From the NCBI GenBank assembly GCA_964014485.1, contig CAXHAT010000017.1, forward strand, positions 1 to 59,060: a stretch of DNA of 59,060 bases, in the 5' to 3' direction. The stretch comes from an uncultured Deferribacteres bacterium (GTDB lineage Bacteria > Zhuqueibacterota > Zhuqueibacteria > Zhuqueibacterales > Geothermadaptataceae). Under the pieces are notes generated by a model, which saw only the letters and a program-made list of their open reading frames with translations, was not told the origin of the DNA and searched no databases. Below are positions 10,033 to 19,752 of this stretch, piece by piece (positions within the stretch are counted from its first letter, which is position 1; every line of letters starts with the position of its first letter). The position numbers and the translations under genes were made by a program.

Positions 10033-11163
10033 ATGAACGCAAGCCCAGTTGAAGCGCCGCCGTCCCTGGACGAAATCGCGAATATTGTCGCTATTGAGAA
10101 CCCGATTGAGCGCAATTTGCAAATCACGCGAGCTTACCATCGAATCAGTGTTGCGCTCTCAAAATTGCACGGCGGCGCCAACGCCAATTGGTGTACTTTT
10201 GCAGTTTGGGCTTCGAAAACGGCGGGCGGGTTTATTCGCAAGGAAAATGTCGAGGCCTTGAGCCAGGCGCTTGTCAAGAAAGCCGATTACATTGAAAAAG
10301 GACTGTCTTTGCTGCGCTTGATTCTTTCCTGGTTTGCCAAAGACGCGACGCTTGACAATCGCTTTATCGCCAAAATCATCGAAGAAATCACCGACGAAAT
10401 TGCGGAGAACATTTCTCACGGCAATACCATCGTTTTTAAAGAAATCGCCGAACTATTTGAAAAATTTCGCCAATCTTTTCATGACGAAAACGCGCCAAAT
10501 GAAGAAGCCGTCAACGCCTTCCTTACTGATATTCCTCATACCGACAACAACGCTCAGGATGCGCTTGCGACGGCATTTCGAAATTACTATTTGGCCATTT
10601 TTGAGAAAGACGAGAAGGCTCAAGCGGAGCAAGTTTTATTGGCGAACATCCTGATCGGATTGCACGAACAGATTCGCTTGCAACCGTCAATTGCCAACTC
10701 TATGAATGCGCCGCTGACACAGGACTTTGTCAACTTTTTTGTCAAAGCGTTTTTTGAACTATTAGGCAAGACGGCCCCAAGTTTTCTGGCCAGGGTCATT
10801 GAATTTTTATGGACGGGACGGCTGGAAAAGATTGCCGCAAGAATCGCCGAAGAATGGCGCGAAATCTCGACCGACTGGTTTATGATTCTCGAACTGCCGG
10901 AAGAAACGCTGCGCTTGGGCAAGGACGTGCCCTCGCGGATGCCGGGCAGGATGTTTCCTGAATACTTGCAGAATTTACAAAATACGAATTTATTGAAAGT
11001 GCTCAGTAAGTTCGACAGAACGCCCGACACAACCACGGGAAGCGCTGCTCATGATTGGGCGATTCTCGAAGATCGCATGAACTTCATCGCCGACCTGTTT
11101 CGATCACGCCAACAAGACCCGACACTTTTTCAGCCGCCTTTGTCTGAAACTACAATCACATAA
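10033..11163 (+). CDS. Hypothetical helical protein (NLQITxAYH / ANWCTFAxWASK / GLHEQIRLQP motifs)
   Basis: 376-aa ORF 9 bp after the previous stop; typical codon usage. Confidence 0.75.
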   Translation: MNASPVEAPPSLDEIANIVAIENPIERNLQITRAYHRISVALSKLHGGANANWCTFAVWASKTAGGFIRKENVEALSQALVKKADYIEKGLSLLRLILSWFAKDATLDNRFIAKIIEEITDEIAENISHGNTIVFKEIAELFEKFRQSFHDENAPNEEAVNAFLTDIPHTDNNAQDALATAFRNYYLAIFEKDEKAQAEQVLLANILIGLHEQIRLQPSIANSMNAPLTQDFVNFFVKAFFELLGKTAPSFLARVIEFLWTGRLEKIAARIAEEWREISTDWFMILELPEETLRLGKDVPSRMPGRMFPEYLQNLQNTNLLKVLSKFDRTPDTTTGSAAHDWAILEDRMNFIADLFRSRQQDPTLFQPPLSETTIT

Positions 11164-11200
11164 TTTCTCGGTTCTTTTACACTCAAACAAGGAAAGATTT

Positions 11201-12700
11201 ATGAAGCTTTTTCGTACAATTATGCTCCCGCTGCTCCTATTGGCCGGATTCGCTTTTTCCCAAGATCGCGCACTGCTGCCGGACTCAACCGTCGTAACGC
11301 AACACCAGGTCACGGTCAAGGGCGAGCGATTCCCCTATCGCGCCACAGCAGGAACGCAGCCGGTTTGGAACGCTGACGGTGAAGTGATCGCATCGCTCTT
11401 TTACACTTACTATGAACGCACTGACATCCAAGATCGTGCGTCGCGACCGTTGATGATTTCTTTCAACGGCGGGCCCGGCTCGGCCTCCGTTTGGATGCAC
11501 GTTGCCTACACCGGCCCCAAAATTTTGCAAATCGATAACGAGGGCTATCCTGTCCAACCCTACGGCGTGCGCGAAAATCCGCATTCCGTTTTGGATGTGG
11601 CGGACATTGTTTTTGTCAATCCAGTGAATACCGGCTATTCCAGAATTATTCCCAAAAAGGACGGCAAGAAAGAGCCCGGAAAAACGTTTTTTGGCGTGAA
11701 CGCGGACATCAGGTATCTGGCGGAATGGATCAACACGTTTGTCTCGCGCTACAACCGTTGGCCGTCCCCCAAATACTTGATCGGTGAAAGCTACGGCACG
11801 ACGCGTGTTTCAGGACTGGCGATGGCGCTGCAAAATTCTCACTGGATGTACCTGAACGGCGTGATCCTGGTCTCCCCCACTGATATTGGCATTCGACGCG
11901 ACGGCCCGGTTGAGGCGGCGTTGCAACTGCCTTATTTTACCGCCGCCGCCTGGCACCACAAAGCACTGCCGTCCGATTTGCAGAACAAAGACCTCGACGA
12001 AATTTTGCCGGAAGTTGAGGCGTACACTGTCAACGAGCTGCTCCCCGCAATGGCTAAGGGCGGCTTTATTGATGAAGCTGAAAAGAAAAGCGTCGCGGCA
12101 AAGATGGCCCGTTACTCGGGAGTTTCCGAGAAAGTTTTTGTGCAACACAACCTCGACGTCCCGGCTTCCTATTTTTGGAAAGAGCTTTTACGAGACAAAG
12201 GCTACACTGTTGGCAGGCTGGATTCACGTTACTTGGGAATTGACAAAACAGAAGCTGGCAGTCGTCCGGATTACAGCGCCGAATTGACCTCATGGCTGCA
12301 TTCGTTCACGCCGGCGATCAACTATTATTTGCGGGAAGAGCTGCAGTACAAAACCGACGTGAAGTACAACATGTTCGGCCCGGTGCGACCCTGGGACAGA
12401 GGCGGCAACAACACCGGAGAAAACCTTCGTTTGGCGATGGCCGAAAATCCATACCTGCACGTCATGATTCAGTCAGGCTATTACGACGGCGCCACGCAAT
12501 ATTTCAACGCAAAATACACGCTTTGGCATCTTGACCCAAGCGGCAAAATGAAAGATCGGCTGCGATTTGAAGCCTATCGCAGCGGGCACATGATGTATTT
12601 ACGTGCGGAAGATCTGGCGAGCTCGAACGAGCATTTGCGGGAGTTTATCGTGCAATCCACGCCGAAGAACGGTGCGTCTGCGCAGTACAAAATGAAGTGA
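11201..12700 (+). CDS. Peptidase S10 serine carboxypeptidase
   Basis: Signal peptide; FNGGPGSAS, GESYGT (catalytic Ser), SGHMMY (catalytic His). Confidence 0.93.
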   Translation: MKLFRTIMLPLLLLAGFAFSQDRALLPDSTVVTQHQVTVKGERFPYRATAGTQPVWNADGEVIASLFYTYYERTDIQDRASRPLMISFNGGPGSASVWMHVAYTGPKILQIDNEGYPVQPYGVRENPHSVLDVADIVFVNPVNTGYSRIIPKKDGKKEPGKTFFGVNADIRYLAEWINTFVSRYNRWPSPKYLIGESYGTTRVSGLAMALQNSHWMYLNGVILVSPTDIGIRRDGPVEAALQLPYFTAAAWHHKALPSDLQNKDLDEILPEVEAYTVNELLPAMAKGGFIDEAEKKSVAAKMARYSGVSEKVFVQHNLDVPASYFWKELLRDKGYTVGRLDSRYLGIDKTEAGSRPDYSAELTSWLHSFTPAINYYLREELQYKTDVKYNMFGPVRPWDRGGNNTGENLRLAMAENPYLHVMIQSGYYDGATQYFNAKYTLWHLDPSGKMKDRLRFEAYRSGHMMYLRAEDLASSNEHLREFIVQSTPKNGASAQYKMK

Positions 12701-12711
12701 TTTGAGTTAAG

Positions 12712-12743
12712 TTGTAGGGGTTCAAATTTTTGAACCCCTACAA
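12712..12743. repeat. GTAG-type REP palindrome; may also act as terminator between convergent genes
   Basis: TTGTAGGGGTTCAAA-TT-TTTGAACCCCTACAA; related copy at 50428-50455. Confidence 0.75.
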
Positions 12744-12796
12744 TGTAGCATGTCTGGCATTCGGAGGCCGTGTACGGGCACGGCCCCTAAAACTCT

Positions 12797-14524
12797 CTAT
12801 TTCTTAATCCGACCAACGCCCCAAACCATCATTCCTAAAACAAAGACGTTCCCAAACAAAACCATCGCCTTCTCGCCCGGCGTCTCTGCACTTGCAACGC
12901 TAACTCCTGGGCCGCCGCAACAGCCGCCCTTTCCGGGCTGGCGAATTCGGAATAAAGAGGTCGGCGTTTGAGACTTGTTGCCGTCATTATCCGTCGCTTC
13001 GATGTAGTAACTGATCTTCGCATCGCGCGCCTGCCCCGGAATTCCGGCGCTGAATGTGTCGCCGCCGGAATTTTGCATGTTTTGCGATTGCGCTTGGCCG
13101 TCGTTGACCGTGTAAAAAAGCGTCATGCTTTGGATCGAGACATCGTCCACGGCGTCCGCCTGAACCAGGTACGGCCCCTCCGTATCAAGCGTATCTTTCT
13201 TGTCCGTCACAAAAGCGATCAACGGGTTGGTTGAAAGCGGTTTGTGCGCGTTCAAACGCCCGCTGGTCATGAGAAATCTTTTGTAACCGGACTTGTAATC
13301 AACGCCGCCGTACATTCTCGTCTGAACCTGCCGATAAGTCAAGCCCGGATATTGCCCCAGCACGAGCGCCGCAACGCCGCTGACGTGCGGGGCGGCCATT
13401 GAGGTGCCGTCGAATTTGCTGTAGCCGTCGTTGGGCGTTGTGCTCAATATTGCCACGCCGGGGGCGGCCAGATCAACCGTTTTGACGCCTGTGTTGGAAA
13501 ATCCGGCGAATGAATCGCTGCCGTCCGTCGCTGCGACGGAAATAATATTGTCGTGCTCGTAACCGGACGGATAATGCGCGTAGAGATCAGTGTCCCGGTC
13601 ATCGTTTCCGGCGGCGGCGACAAAAATCACATTGCGATCGCGCGCATAAGCAATGGCGTCGCTCAAGGCTTGAGACGGCTGGTTGCTGCCCCAACTGTTG
13701 TTCAAAATATGCGCGCCGTTATCGACCGCGTAAATGATCGATTTGATCGCGTCGTCCGTGGTTCCCGAGCCCGTCGGCGCAATGAAGCGCATGGCCATGA
13801 TCGAGACCTGCCAGTTCACGCCGACGATGCCTTTTTCATTGTTTCCAACCGCGCCAATAGTGCCGGAAACGTGCGTCCCGTGACTGTGCGGATCCGTCGG
13901 GTCGTTGCTGCCGCGCTGAAAATTCCAGCCGTAAACGTCATCGACAAAGCCGTTTCCATCGTCGTCTTTTTTGTTCTTCGCTTTGTCCTTGCCCTCCGCA
14001 TCCGTGCCGGTCTCCCCGGGATTGCGCCACATGTTGTCGCGCAAGTCCTGGTGATCATAATCCACGCCGGTGTCAATCACCGCAACGATGACTTTCTTGT
14101 CGCCTTTTTGCACCGCCCAGGCTTCAGGCGCGTCAATGTCCTGATCCGTGCGATTGTGCAACCCCCAAAGGCTCTTGAAACGCTTGTCGTTCGGAAAAAC
14201 CTGATCATCGGATTGCCGGTCGAGAAAAACCAGGTAGTTTGGCTCGGCGTATTCAACGTTGTCGTCACTTCTGCAAGCGGCGACGGCGTTCTGCACGGAA
14301 GCCTGGTTCGTAATATTGCAAACATACAGACCAAGCTGGCTGATAAAGCTGGTCTGCGCGAGGCCAGCGTCGGCGAAGGTCTGCTGCGCCTGAACGTCTT
14401 GTACATTGCTTTTGAATTTGACTATCACCTCGTTTGGAGCAAAGGAAATCTGCTGCGAAAAAACGGTGTGGGCAAAAAATACAAACGAAGCAATCACGAG
14501 TGAAATTTGAAGCGGCTTTTTCAT
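12797..14524 (-). CDS. Subtilisin-like S8 serine peptidase with C-terminal Gly-Gly-Cys-Cys plus TM sorting-like tail
   Basis: VAVIDTG, HGTHVSG, GTSMAAPHVSG triad. Start reassigned to MKKPLQ (signal peptide). Ends GKGGCCGG...hydrophobic helix-RIKK. Confidence 0.93.
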   Translation of the reverse strand: MKKPLQISLVIASFVFFAHTVFSQQISFAPNEVIVKFKSNVQDVQAQQTFADAGLAQTSFISQLGLYVCNITNQASVQNAVAACRSDDNVEYAEPNYLVFLDRQSDDQVFPNDKRFKSLWGLHNRTDQDIDAPEAWAVQKGDKKVIVAVIDTGVDYDHQDLRDNMWRNPGETGTDAEGKDKAKNKKDDDGNGFVDDVYGWNFQRGSNDPTDPHSHGTHVSGTIGAVGNNEKGIVGVNWQVSIMAMRFIAPTGSGTTDDAIKSIIYAVDNGAHILNNSWGSNQPSQALSDAIAYARDRNVIFVAAAGNDDRDTDLYAHYPSGYEHDNIISVAATDGSDSFAGFSNTGVKTVDLAAPGVAILSTTPNDGYSKFDGTSMAAPHVSGVAALVLGQYPGLTYRQVQTRMYGGVDYKSGYKRFLMTSGRLNAHKPLSTNPLIAFVTDKKDTLDTEGPYLVQADAVDDVSIQSMTLFYTVNDGQAQSQNMQNSGGDTFSAGIPGQARDAKISYYIEATDNDGNKSQTPTSLFRIRQPGKGGCCGGPGVSVASAETPGEKAMVLFGNVFVLGMMVWGVGRIKK

Positions 14525-14661
14525 CAGAACTCTCTCTTTGGTTCGCAATTTATCAGGGCTTTTTTGCAATGACGACAAAAGAGAGATTCCATCCCGTAAT
14601 TTTTGGCGACATAGATTATAGAGTTCGGCTCGCAGGTTTTCGAAATGAACTCGCCAAAAAG

Positions 14662-14695
14662 CTTTGCACCTTTGTCTCTTTGCTCCCTTGTCCCT
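14662..14695. repeat. Degenerate 8-nt tandem repeat (CTTTGnnn x4)
   Basis: ctttgcac ctttgtct ctttgctc ccttgtcc. Confidence 0.5.
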
Positions 14696-15011
14696 GATTT
14701 TATAATCCTTATTTGAGCGAAAATCAACCATTAACCGCTGCATCGAATTTTCTGAGAAAATTTTCCGAATCCGGGACGATGTGCAAGTATTGCAATAGCG
14801 GAAATGTCGAAAACGAGAGCCCTTCTCAAAAGGCATTGTGCAGATTTTCGCTCTTCCGATTCCAACGCATTCGCATCACCATCCTGAGCTGAAAATCTCT
14901 CGCGGCGAGTCGCCCGGTCTGCTTACATTTCCTGACTCGTTGCCATGCCGGCGCTTCCTTCAAAAAGAAAAACACCCGGAAACCACAGCACAAATCGTTG
15001 GGAGCGGTACT

Positions 15012-15764
15012 ATGTTGCAAAACGAAGTCACTTGCCCGAATTGCCAGACGATTATTGAAATCCCCAAACATGCGCTGAACGACATGCGCTATATTTGCCC
15101 CGATTGCCTGTCCTCGGTCAACATTCCGGACAGAGTCGGCGAGGCGTTAAAGTGGGTCACCGTCCATTATCCTGACAATACGCAGGAGATGGAAGCCATT
15201 AAAACCAAGCTGCAGCAAGAAGGCCTGGATGTGCAAAGCAAGAAAGGCGGCGCCCGAAGAGGCGGCGCTTCCAGCGGCGGACGCACCGGCTTTAGCGTGC
15301 TCTCCGGCCCAGTCCAAATCCAGACGACGCAGGAAAACGCCCGAAAAGCAAAGCGCGTCGTCAGCGAATTTCTCAGCGAGCAAGAACAGAATCGCAGAGA
15401 GACCATCCCTGAATACTGCCCAACGTGTCATTCGGCGACGCAATGGCGGCCCGAGTGTCCGGTTTGCGGCTGGGATCTGGTCAAACATCCGGTCAGCAAT
15501 ACGCAGACGGACGGGTACAATTTCCGTTCGAGCCGGGAGATTCAGAAGTCCGTGAATTTGAAAATTTTGTTTTCCACGTTTTTTTGCGCCGCCTGGCTTT
15601 GGGGCGCCGGAGCGATTTTGGGGATTTTCTTCTCGCTGGAGGCGTTCTTTATGATAAAAGCCGCGCGCGGCAGACTGCGCGGCCAATGGCTCGCCATGAT
15701 TGGTCTCTCCATCGGATTCGTGGAAATTCTCTACACCATTCACTACTGGTTTGAGCGGCTCTGA
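15012..15764 (+). CDS. Hypothetical membrane protein with two zinc-ribbon motifs and a DUF4190-like C-terminus
   Basis: CPNC/CPDC and CPTC/CPVC pairs; RGRLRGQWLAMIGL TM hairpin; GGAG RBS before ATG 15012. Confidence 0.75.
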   Translation: MLQNEVTCPNCQTIIEIPKHALNDMRYICPDCLSSVNIPDRVGEALKWVTVHYPDNTQEMEAIKTKLQQEGLDVQSKKGGARRGGASSGGRTGFSVLSGPVQIQTTQENARKAKRVVSEFLSEQEQNRRETIPEYCPTCHSATQWRPECPVCGWDLVKHPVSNTQTDGYNFRSSREIQKSVNLKILFSTFFCAAWLWGAGAILGIFFSLEAFFMIKAARGRLRGQWLAMIGLSIGFVEILYTIHYWFERL

Positions 15765-16330
15765 CAAAAGACGAAACGGAGTGCAAAGCTCGCTTTGCCT
15801 TTCGTTCGGCTCAAATGGCTGAACATAATTTTTTCCGTGTATTTGGTAAAGTTTAAGGAAAGCCTGCGATTGGGTTGCAAGGCAAGCCTTGCACTCCTTT
15901 TCCCCGCTCACCACATCACCATCTCAACCGGATTCGTGGAAATTCTCTATACCATTCATTACTGGTTTGAGCGGCCCTGACGAAAGGCGAAACGGAGTGC
16001 AAAGCTCGCTTTGCCTTTCGTTCAGCTCAAATGGCTGAACATAATTTTTTCCGTGTATTTGGTAAAGTTTAAGGAAAGCCTGCGATTGGGTTGCAAGGCA
16101 AGCCTTGCACTCCTTTTCCCCGCTCACCACATCACCATCTCAACCGGATTCGTGGAAATTCTCTATACCATTCATTACTGGTTTGAGCGGCCCTGACGAA
16201 AGGCGAAACGGAGTGCAAAGCTCGCTTTGCCTTTCGTTCAGCTCAAATGGCTGAACATAATTTTTTCCGTGTATTTGGTAAAGTTTAAGGAAAGCCTGCG
16301 ATTGGGTTGCAAGGCAAGCCTTGCACTCCT
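15713..16330. repeat. Tandem repeat, 216-bp unit, about 2.9 copies, each with a gene 3' end and a GGAG REP doublet
   Basis: Units start at 15713, 15929 and 16145. Copies 2 and 3 are identical over their shared length; copy 1 differs by 6 transitions. Confidence 0.95.
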
Positions 16331-16764
16331 ATCCAATCTCCCACTCACCACTTCACCCTCTCTCCGACTCCCCCAATCTCCCTCTCAAATCCTCAACTTC
16401 CCCATCCCGACGATGATACCCCGTCTCCTCCACCAACGCCGCCGCCTGCTCCAAATGCCCCTGCGCCTGCCGTATCTTTTCCTCCGATCCCCGTCCTCTA
16501 TCCTCCGCCATGCAAAGCCTGCACGCCTCCAAATGAAAATCCGTTAAATGCAGCCGCATTTCCCCGCGCTCGGCGATTTCCTGCGCTTCGTTGAGATCTT
16601 CCCACGCCTTGGTGAAATGCGTCTGCACGCGATACAGCGCCGCCCGGGCGAGAAGACCCCACGGCAAATTATGCTGCGTCCCAGCTTCCCGCAGGCCCGC
16701 CACTGCCTGGTTGAGATGGTTTTCGGCTTGGGCAAGGAAATCGTTTTGTTGGGGAACGTCTGTT

Positions 16765-16808
16765 ACATCCCCCTTAGCCCCCCTTCGAAGGGGGGACGGG
16801 GGGGATGT
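16765..16808. repeat. 44-bp C/G-rich hairpin insert inside the TPR coding region
   Basis: ACATCCCCC-TTAG-CCCCCC-TTCGAA-GGGGGG-AC-GGGGGGGATGT; the reading frame shifts at or next to the 7-base run. Confidence 0.75.
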
Positions 16809-16839
16809 CTCGCGCAAGCAAAAAGTGCGCTCGACCTAA

Positions 16840-16972
16840 TACCATTTTCCGTGATTTTGTGTACATAGCTGGCCTGCCATTCAGGAGAATCTATGTCATC
16901 GCGAGCATTGGACGACATAGATTCCTTCTGAATGACAGGCCAAGTGTGGACGCCAAACTATGGAAATTGGTA
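16840..16972. mobile_element. 133-bp MITE with 3-bp TAA/TTA target duplication and internal REP-like palindrome
   Basis: TIRs TACCATTTTCC / GGAAATTGGTA (10 of 11 match); TAA at 16837-16839 and 16973-16975; removal restores ...NDNLS-L-GRAH. Confidence 0.9.
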
Positions 16973-19492
16973 TAAGGAGAGATTATCGTTAGCGATATCC
17001 AAAATCGAATCGAAAACTGGATTCCATTTCGGGAGTTTGCGCCACTCAAAAATTGCTTCGACACGCCCCAACACCTCCCGCGCCTTCCCCCGGCTCAGCA
17101 GCAGCTCGCAGTACCGGAAGCCTTGCAGGGAATAGAGATAGCGATAGTCCGGCTGTCTTTCCTGTTGCATGGCTTCGGCTTCGCGGTACAGTTTTTCGGC
17201 TTCGTCGAGCGCGCCGGACTGGTGCAGGGCGTCGGCATGGGTGGTGCGCTTGCTTTCACGCTGAAACGCATCCCCGCTGCGGTCGGCGAAGTCCACGCTT
17301 TGGCGGGCGTAATCCGTCGCTGGCCGAACCTCGCCCAGGGTCAGGAACAGCTCGCTGAGATTGCCGGCGCCAATTGCAGCTTGTTTCCAATTTTCTTGTT
17401 CAATTTGCATTTCCAACCCCGCCTGCATGGGCGCGGCCGCCTCGCGCAAACGCCCCAGCGCCCGCAAGCCAAAACCGGCCCAACTCAGGACAACGGCTTT
17501 GTCCGCATCGGTCAATCCCGCCGCCGGTCGCCGCCAGGGCGGATCGAAAAAATTGGACAGCGCCGCCAGATCAGCGCCAAATGCGCCGAGTTTGTGAACG
17601 CTGTACTTTTCATTTTTTCGATAAATTCTTTCATAGAACACATCATCCAACGCTTCCTGGTGCTTCCCTGCCAAACAGCCGTGCGTCACCGCCGCAAACA
17701 ACGGCTCCATTTCTTCGAGGGTGTCAGGCAGTTCTTTTTCCGGCAGGTTTTTGTAGTAATTGTACAAACGGCTGTGCGCTTCCGTCCAGGCTTCGGGGAA
17801 TTGTTGCTGCAAACGCTCGCCAAAATGCTCCCGCATCAGCGGGTGGCAGTCGAGCGTATCGGGCTTGTCTTGTTCTTCTGCTGCCAGCAGTCGCAGGTCG
17901 CGCAGGCTTTGCACGGCAAACTGCCGCTCGTCGTGCCCCAGGTTTTGCAGTTTGTCCGTCAAGCCGTGAATGGCCGGTTCTTTTCTCAGCGCGTCCAGCG
18001 CGCCCTTCGCCGCCGGGCGGTCGAACAAGCCCATCAGGTAGAGAATGTTCAATTCCGGCGTGTCTTTCAGCCATTTTTCGTAAGACTGCATCACCCGCCG
18101 CGCCTGGCCGCCCTGTTTTCTGTCCTTGCTGAGTTTGGGAATCAAGTCGCGCTTGCGGATTTCGCCCCCGTGTACGGTTTTCAAGTAACTGCCCAACAGA
18201 TTGAGCGCCAGGGCGTGGCCTTCAAACTCTTTTGCCGCATCTCGGCGTTCTTTTTCCGTGCCTTGCACGCCGAGCTTTGCGAGCAGTTGCGCGCCAGCTT
18301 CGGGCGTGAGATTGTCCAGATCGAGTCGTTGGCTGCCGCGGCCTTCGGTCGGCTCCAAATCTTCAATTTTCAGGCGGGTGGAGATCACGCACAGGCCCGG
18401 ATTGCTGCGCGCCAAATCCTTGAGCAAGGCTTGCATGCCCTGGTCTTTCAAGCGGCCCTGCATTTCGCCGGGCGGGTATTGCAAAGGCTCCAGACCGTCG
18501 AGGATGAGCAGACTGCGTTTTGCGCGCACCAGTTCCGCCAGTTTCTTGCCCTTGTCCCAGGGCGAGAGAATGGGGTCGCCGGTGTAGCCAAACCACTTCA
18601 GCGCGTCGTTTAAAAATTCGTCCGCCGAGACCTGGCGTTCTTCTTTGGTTCCCTGGCTGTAGAACGACCAGCCGTAGACCCGTTGCGCGCCGCGATAGTT
18701 GTCGCGCTCCATCTCATTCAACCAGGCGTTCACCAAAGCGCTCTTGCCCACGCCGCCCCAAGCCACGAGGGAGAAAACATTGACGTGCGGTTCCGCCCAG
18801 GCTTGGTCGAGCATGGCAAGCTCGTTCTCGCGGCCAAAGATTTCATGGTCGGTGATCGGGAGTTTGGCGAGGTGAAGCTTGGGCGGGCGAAAATCCTGTC
18901 GGCGCTCTTTCGGCGGCAGTTTTTTCAGTTTTCCGAGTCCAGGTTTTTCAACTTTGGGTTGGTTGGTGAGTCGGCGGTAGAGGTCTTCGTAGCCATCGTC
19001 GCCGTCGAGAAAATAGCGTGTGTAGCCCTTCAAATATGTTGGCAAGTGCGCTTCATCTTCCGGCGAGAGCAGCACAGGAATGAAACGCTGATTTTCAGCA
19101 TCGGCGTCGTAAATATGGTTGCGAATCAAGCCGCCTTCCCATTTCACGCCGCGCCCCTTGCCCGGTTTTTCCTCCCCTTTTACGCGGCGGCAATAGATTT
19201 CGGTGCAAATCATCAGCACGAAATCCATGTCATCGATTTGCTCTTCCATCCAAAGCGGCCAGCCTTTTGGCGGGTGCGGTTCGTACTGATCGAGAATGCA
19301 ATCCACGCCCTCGGCGCGCAGACGGTTGGCAAGCGCCAAAACCCGGTCGATGTGTTCGTCCGAGTCGTGGCTGTAACTGATGAAAGTTTTGGTTGCGCTC
19401 ATGAATTCCCCGAGTCGTCAATTAAAAGCCAGCGATACTGCGCTTTAATTTGGCTTCTTTTTGCGCAATTTGAAAGGAAAATCATAGTGTCT

Positions 19493-19722
19493 GATGTTAC
19501 GCACCTGCCCCAAAACGAATCGGCTTGATAAAAATATTGCGTTTACGTCATTCCCGTGGAGGCGAAAATCCAGGGGAATGGGCGCCATTTTCTGGATTCC
19601 CGCCTCCGCGAGAATGACCGGAACTAGCGTTCCGGAGTTTGGGCGGTTCCAGTTTCAACTGTAATTCTCGGCTTGCGAAAATGGCAAAACACCACATTCC
19701 GTTTTGGGCGATGAGCAACATC
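19493..19722. mobile_element. Putative MITE enclosing a CGTC-type REP doublet
   Basis: Imperfect TIRs GATGTTACGCACCTGCCCCAAAACGAAT and (rc) GATGTTGCTCATCGCCCAAAACGGAAT; internal CGTCATTCCCGTGGAGGCG...GGATTCCCGCCTCCGCGAGAATGAC; no clear TSD. Confidence 0.55.
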
Positions 19723-19752
19723 CGTTATTATGTAGATCGTCCCGGATTCTGT

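Larger units (their letters stand above)
16353..19402 (-). pseudogene. SEFIR/TIR - STAND P-loop NTPase - TPR protein (NLR-like), interrupted by a MITE and a frameshift
   Basis: FISYSHDS..RVLALANRL (SEFIR/TIR), AWGGVGKS Walker A, LLILDGLE Walker B, GHALAL, TPR helices. Main ORF 16958-19402; the TPR continues at 16353-16839 (LGRAH...HLNQAVAGLREAG...TGYHRRD). Confidence 0.88.

Noticed and set aside
14525..14836. N-terminal 104-aa extension of the S8 peptidase ORF
   Set aside because: The signal peptide begins at MKKPLQ; the extension crosses an octamer repeat and intergenic-looking DNA
15713..16330. CRISPR array or DGR template/variable repeats
   Set aside because: 216-bp units with no unique spacers; differences are mixed transitions, not adenine-specific; no cas or reverse transcriptase gene in the window
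15795..16547. Three small repeated ORFs (MPFVxLKWLN...)
   Set aside because: They start at TTG inside REP arms and are by-products of the 216-bp (multiple of 3) repeat
17123..19528. Long plus-strand ORFs of 496, 252 and 281 aa
   Set aside because: Antisense shadows of the GC-rich STAND gene with no motifs
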